Assembly: GCA_903843705.1 (NCBI GenBank)
Contig: CAIMQW010000277.1
Coordinates: 10,091-74,090 of the forward strand
DNA length: 64,000 bases
From: an uncultured Holophagaceae bacterium
GTDB taxonomy: Bacteria > Acidobacteriota > Holophagae > Holophagales > Holophagaceae
Direction: 5' to 3'
The notes beneath the pieces are model-generated. The model was given only the letters and a program-made list of their open reading frames with translations. It was not told the origin of the DNA and searched no databases. Numbering within the stretch: position 1 is the first letter of the stretch; the number at the start of each line of letters is the position of its first letter. Both the position numbers and the translations under genes were made by a program. This document shows positions 58,726-64,000 of the stretch, piece after piece.

Positions 58726-59252
58726 AGGCCACCCCCGCCCTGTTTGAGGAGCGCCTCCATCTCCTTGACCGGCACTGGGCGGCTCAGGTCCACCTGGCGG
58801 GACAGGGCCTCATCGAAGGTGCCGGGCTCGCCCCGGTCGCCGGGATCCAGGCGGGAAAGCAGGCTGATGCTCTGGGGGGTCAGGGCGAGGAGGAAGCGCT
58901 CGCCCTCGACATCCAGAATCGACACGAAGCGGCGGTCGCCCAGGGCCAGGGTCTCCTCGACCCGCAGCCGGCCGCCTCCGCTGCCAGGCAGCCGGCCCCG
59001 ACCGTATTTCTTCAGGCCCCAGAGGCTGGCACCCGCCAGTCCCAGCACCAGGACCAGGGACCCGAAGGCCCGCCAGCCTGAGGCAGGGGCCTCCGGGGCC
59101 TGGGCCGGCGTCGGTTTTCCGTCGTCCAGCGTCAAGGGAGCCTGCAGTTCCCTCTCGGAGGCCGTGGGCGGCAGGGGCGCCGGCTTGGCACCTTGGGCCC
59201 CAAGACCCAGGCCCGCCAGCAATCCAAAGAGCAGCACCATCCGTCGCAGCAC
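58722..59252 (-). CDS. fliO: Flagellar biosynthesis protein
   Basis: GTG start with GGAG RBS; TM then LRVEETLALGDRRFVSILDVEGERFLLALT. Confidence 0.82.
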   Translation of the reverse strand: MLRRMVLLFGLLAGLGLGAQGAKPAPLPPTASERELQAPLTLDDGKPTPAQAPEAPASGWRAFGSLVLVLGLAGASLWGLKKYGRGRLPGSGGGRLRVEETLALGDRRFVSILDVEGERFLLALTPQSISLLSRLDPGDRGEPGTFDEALSRQVDLSRPVPVKEMEALLKQGGGGL

Positions 59253-59282
59253 GACAAACTCCCGACACAGGCAGGGAGTAGG

Positions 59283-59297
59283 GCGAGAGCGATGCCA
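59283..59297 (-). promoter_or_regulatory. Sigma54 (-24/-12) promoter of fliOPQR-flhB
   Basis: Minus strand TGGCATCGCTCTCGC = GG-N10-GC, about 30 nt upstream of fliO. Confidence 0.65.
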
Positions 59298-59301
59298 GGA
59301 C

Positions 59302-60150
59302 TTACGGGTGCGGCAGACGCACGTCGAACAGCACCTTCCAGACTCCAGCCTCCTGGATCCAGACGCGCAGGAAGCTCGCGGCGGCGCCTCTGGCTGAGGC
59401 CGGGGTCTCGCCGCAGGTCCAGGCCAGGTCGCCACTGGGGGCCACCTGGAGCCGGGCGGGCTCCCACCGCGTTCCGGGGGGATCCCTTGCCAGCAGTGCC
59501 CCGATGGCCCCCTCTCCCCGAGCCGGTGGAGACCCTGGGCGGAGGACTCGGGCATCCCGGGCCAGCCAGGGGACCAGCCCCGGCCCACCCCGCTCGCCCC
59601 GGGCCACTGCCAGGGCGCCTTCGGCTTGACGCAGGGCTCGGCCTCTTCCCTGGGGATCTGCCGCGCATAGGGCCGGCCTGAGGGTGGCCTCCGCCGGGGC
59701 CGCGAAGGGCTCGATGGGCTTGTCGGGCGCCGCGTGAGGCACGCCGATGTCGGCCACTACCTTCCAGCTGCCGGTGGCCTGCCGCTGCCAGACCGAGAGA
59801 AAGTGGCCATGGGCCAGGGCCGGAGTTCCAGGCCCGGCGGCGTAGGTCCAGGGGCCGAAGCTCCAGGCCAGGTCCCTGGAGGCGGCCATACCCATGGCCT
59901 CCGGAAACCAGACCAGGTGCCCAGAATCCCCCGGAGCGGCCCCGTAGGCCTCCTGGACCGTTGTCATCCGGGGGGTGAAGACCCGGGCATCCTCAGCCAA
60001 CCAGGCCAGGAACGCCGCCCGGATACCCGCCTGGGACGCCTGCCGAGCGAAGGCCAGCTCCGCCTGGTGCACCGATTCCAATCCGGGGACCTGGGCCCCA
60101 GCCACCCCGGCCATGAGCAACCACACCGGGGTCGGCAGCAGGCGCACCAT
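59302..60150 (-). CDS. Exported protein with tandem NTF2-like (DUF4440) domains
   Basis: Two repeats of AE.A.A ... W.P....A.S.DLAW..G ... VW.....G.WKV..D. Confidence 0.8.
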   Translation of the reverse strand: MVRLLPTPVWLLMAGVAGAQVPGLESVHQAELAFARQASQAGIRAAFLAWLAEDARVFTPRMTTVQEAYGAAPGDSGHLVWFPEAMGMAASRDLAWSFGPWTYAAGPGTPALAHGHFLSVWQRQATGSWKVVADIGVPHAAPDKPIEPFAAPAEATLRPALCAADPQGRGRALRQAEGALAVARGERGGPGLVPWLARDARVLRPGSPPARGEGAIGALLARDPPGTRWEPARLQVAPSGDLAWTCGETPASARGAAASFLRVWIQEAGVWKVLFDVRLPHP

Positions 60151-60291
60151 GAGGGATCTCCGGGAATCCGCCACCCTACCACCGTTGCGACCGTCCGCGG
60201 CAAGGCGTAGGGTTAAGCACTAATCACCCCATGGAGTTGCCGTGCCCGCTTTCCAGCTCACCGTGAATGGCTGCGGCCCTGGGAGCTTCGC

Positions 60292-60840
60292 GTGATCCCG
60301 GGCGTGGTGCTCGCGGCGGGTTCCGGCCGGCGCATGGGGGGACCCAAGGCCCTGCTGGAACTCGACGGCGAGACCCTGCTGCAGCGGGCGGCGCGCCTCC
60401 TCGGCGAGGCCGGGTGCAGCCCAATCTTCGCGGTCGTCGGGGACTGGGACCCGGGCGAGGTGGACGCCTTCCTGGTGCTCAACGCCGAAGCCGCCGAAGG
60501 CATGGCCAGCTCGATCCGGGCCGGGGTGGGCGCGCTGCCGAAGACGGCCCCGGCCGCCCTCTTCATGGCCGTGGACCAGCCTGCGGTGGATGAACCCCTG
60601 CTGCGCCGCCTGCTGGCCCTGGCTGCGGCCGACCCGGACCGCCCCACCGCCTGCGGTTACGGCGAGACCCTGGGCATTCCCGCCGTGGTGCCCAGGCGCC
60701 TGTTTCCCGACCTGCTCAACCTGCACGGCGACCGGGGCGCCAAGGCCATCCTCGTCCGGGAACAGGCGGCGGTCCTGCCCTTCCCCGAAGGTCTCGCCGA
60801 CCTCGACACCCCCGCGGACCTGGAGCGCCTCAGGCGCTGA
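60292..60840 (+). CDS. MobA/MocA-like nucleotidyltransferase
   Basis: VLAAGSGRRMGGPKALL, GMASSI, VDQP, GDRGAK, DLDTP. Confidence 0.88.
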   Translation: MIPGVVLAAGSGRRMGGPKALLELDGETLLQRAARLLGEAGCSPIFAVVGDWDPGEVDAFLVLNAEAAEGMASSIRAGVGALPKTAPAALFMAVDQPAVDEPLLRRLLALAAADPDRPTACGYGETLGIPAVVPRRLFPDLLNLHGDRGAKAILVREQAAVLPFPEGLADLDTPADLERLRR

Positions 60841-60919
60841 GTTTGAGCAGCTTCTGGCTGTCGTGACGCCAATCGGGTCCCGAATCCGTTACCCTGAGGG
60901 CCGCCACAGGAGCTCCTCC

Positions 60920-61240
60920 ATGTCCGACCTCATCCATGACCTCACCGACAAGTCCTTCGCCCAGGCCGTTTCCAGCGGCATTACCGTGGTGGACTTCTGG
61001 GCACCCTGGTGCGCCCCCTGCCGCGAGCTGGCCCCGATCACCGAGGCCCTGGCTACGGAGCTCAAGGGCAAGGTGACCTTCGCCAAGCTGAATGTTGACG
61101 ACTACATCCCCCTCTCCGAGCAGTACGACGTGTTGAGTATGCCGACCCTCGTGATATTCAAGGACGGTGAGCCCCTGGACCGCATCGTGGGGACCCTGCC
61201 CCTCGACCAGCTGCGCATCCGCATTGAAAAATCCTTCTGA
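60920..61240 (+). CDS. trxA: Thioredoxin
   Basis: VVDFWAPWCAPC, KLNVD, SMPTL; AGGAG RBS. Confidence 0.9.
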   Translation: MSDLIHDLTDKSFAQAVSSGITVVDFWAPWCAPCRELAPITEALATELKGKVTFAKLNVDDYIPLSEQYDVLSMPTLVIFKDGEPLDRIVGTLPLDQLRIRIEKSF

Positions 61241-61268
61241 TCCTTCTCCCTTCCGACTCGAGGCACCC

Positions 61269-61919
61269 ATGAGCACCCTTACCGGCGAGAGCCTTCTCCA
61301 GCAGCTGAACTGGCGCTACGCCACCAAAAAGTTCGATCCCACCCGGCAGATCCCCGCGGCGGACTGGGCTGTGATCGAGCAGGCGCTGGTCCTGTCTCCC
61401 TCCAGCTACGGCCTGCAGCCCTGGAAGTTCATCGTGGTGACGGACCCCGCCCTCAAGGCGAAGCTCCGCCCCGCCACCTGGAACCAGTCCCAGGTGACAG
61501 AATGCAGCCACTACGTGATCCTCACCGCTAAGCAGGACCTCACCGAAGCCGATGTGGACGCCTTCGTGGCCCGCATCGCCAAGGTTCGCGGTGTCAGCCC
61601 CGAGAGCCTCGCCGCCTATAAGAGCTACATGGTGGGCGACCTCGTGAAGGGCCCCCGCCACGCGGTCATCGCCGAGTGGGCCGCCCGCCAGGCCTACATT
61701 GCCCTGGGCAACCTGCTGACCAGCGCTGCGGTCCTGGGCGTGGACGCCTGCCCCTTTGAGGGCCTCGAGCCGGACAAATACAACGAGATCCTCGGCCTCG
61801 TGGGCACCGGCTTCCACACCGTCTGCGCCTGCCCCATGGGCTACCGCTCCACGGACGACAAATATGCCAGCACCCCCAAGGTGCGCTTCGAAGCCTCGGA
61901 CGTCGTCGAGCACCGGTGA
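61269..61919 (+). CDS. Nitroreductase (NfsB-like)
   Basis: [32 protein letters not shown]. Confidence 0.92.
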   Translation: MSTLTGESLLQQLNWRYATKKFDPTRQIPAADWAVIEQALVLSPSSYGLQPWKFIVVTDPALKAKLRPATWNQSQVTECSHYVILTAKQDLTEADVDAFVARIAKVRGVSPESLAAYKSYMVGDLVKGPRHAVIAEWAARQAYIALGNLLTSAAVLGVDACPFEGLEPDKYNEILGLVGTGFHTVCACPMGYRSTDDKYASTPKVRFEASDVVEHR

Positions 61920-61926
61920 GGCGGCC

Positions 61927-62916
<990 letters not shown>

Positions 62917-62982
62917 AACAGACCGGCCTCAGACAGCGTGCGCGGGCCGTGGGAGACTAGGGCCGTTCCGCCGGAGTTCCCC

Positions 62983-64000
62983 ATGAGCGACGCCTCGCCC
63001 GTACCCATCGTCACCGCCCCCCGGGGCAACCATCTCCACTGCAAGGGCTGGGTGCAAGAAGCCGCCCTGCGCATGCTCATGAACAACCTGGACCCAGAGG
63101 TGGCGGAGCGTCCCGAAGACCTAGTGGTCTACGGCGGCCTGGGCAAGGCCGCGCGGAACTGGGATTGCTTCCACGCAATCGTGAAAGAGCTGAAGCACCT
63201 GCATGACGACGAGACACTGCTGGTGCAGAGCGGCAAGCCCGTGGGCGTGGTCAAGACCCACGTGGACGCGCCCCGCGTGCTCATCGCGAACTCGAATCTG
63301 GTCCCCAAGTGGGCGACCTGGGAGGTCTTCCGCGAACTGGATCAGAAGGGCCTGATGATGTACGGCCAGATGACCGCCGGCAGCTGGATCTACATCGGCA
63401 GCCAGGGCATCGTCCAGGGCACCTACGAGACCTTCGCCGAGGCCGCCCGCCAGCACTTCAATGGCACCCTCGCCGGCACCTGGACCCTCACCGCGGGCCT
63501 GGGCGGCATGGGTGGGGCGCAGCCTCTGGCCGTGACCATGAACGGCGGTGTCTGCCTGGCCGTCGAGGTGGACCACACCCGCATCCAGAAGCGCCTGGAC
63601 ACCCGCTACCTGGACGAGTGGACCGACAGCCTGGAAGAGGCCGTGGCCCTGGTGGAGCGCTACGTGGCCCGCCGGGAGGCCCGCAGCATCGGGCTGCTGG
63701 GCAACGCCGCAGAGGTGCTGCCGGAGCTCCTGAAGCGGGGCCTGAAGCCCCACCTGGTCACGGACCAGACCTCGGCCCACGACGAGTACAACGGCTACAT
63801 CCCGGCCGGTCTCAGCCTGGAGCAGGCCGCCGCGCTGCGTCAGGAGCAGCCGGAGACCTATGTCCAGCGGGCCCTGGCCTCCATGCGCACCCACGTGGAG
63901 GCCATGCTCGGGTTCCAGGCGGGCGGTGCCGTCACCTTCGACTACGGCAACAACCTCCGCGCCCAGGCCCAGCGGGCGGGCTGCGAAAACGCCTTCGCCT
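62983..64000 (+). CDS. hutU: Urocanate hydratase (partial, continues beyond window)
   Basis: Not in the ORF track. [63 protein letters not shown]. Confidence 0.96.
   Translation, partial: MSDASPVPIVTAPRGNHLHCKGWVQEAALRMLMNNLDPEVAERPEDLVVYGGLGKAARNWDCFHAIVKELKHLHDDETLLVQSGKPVGVVKTHVDAPRVLIANSNLVPKWATWEVFRELDQKGLMMYGQMTAGSWIYIGSQGIVQGTYETFAEAARQHFNGTLAGTWTLTAGLGGMGGAQPLAVTMNGGVCLAVEVDHTRIQKRLDTRYLDEWTDSLEEAVALVERYVARREARSIGLLGNAAEVLPELLKRGLKPHLVTDQTSAHDEYNGYIPAGLSLEQAAALRQEQPETYVQRALASMRTHVEAMLGFQAGGAVTFDYGNNLRAQAQRAGCENAFA

Noticed and set aside
60211-60217. GTTAAGC as an integron GTTRRRY core
   Set aside because: No complementary RYYYAAC arm, no cassette structure, no integrase.

Overview
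High-GC (roughly 65-70% by eye), densely coding bacterial chromosome segment with about 66 protein genes. Gene content and style suggest a Geothrix/Holophaga-like acidobacterium (inference, not verified). Most of the window is housekeeping: xth, metG, tag, two cyclophilins, ruvB, ispF, HU/IHF, pepA, rmuC, tsaE-nnr-purN-pta, bshC-bshB1, tilS-ftsH-folP-glmM-ftsW, fliOPQR-flhB, trxA, nitroreductase, aldo/keto reductase and partial hutU. I recognised no tRNA, rRNA, CRISPR array, integrase or transposase. Most interesting signals: (1) an ArsR-led heavy-metal RND (CBA) operon containing an 89-aa secreted Cys-rich/Pro-rich leader ORF whose last codons base-pair with the Shine-Dalgarno of the next gene, suggesting a metal-sensing ribosome-arrest switch with a non-RAPP tail; (2) KdpDE divergently paired with a KimA-type K+ importer instead of kdpFABC, with an 11-bp-period direct repeat between them; (3) a sigma54-preceded fliOPQR-flhB block that continues into a REC-SHOCT regulator and a secreted TPR protein rather than flhA, plus a sigma28-like promoter upstream of an HsbA/HsbR-like partner switch; (4) several intergenic palindromes and shared motifs. 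All functional calls come from motif recognition by eye; no searches were run.
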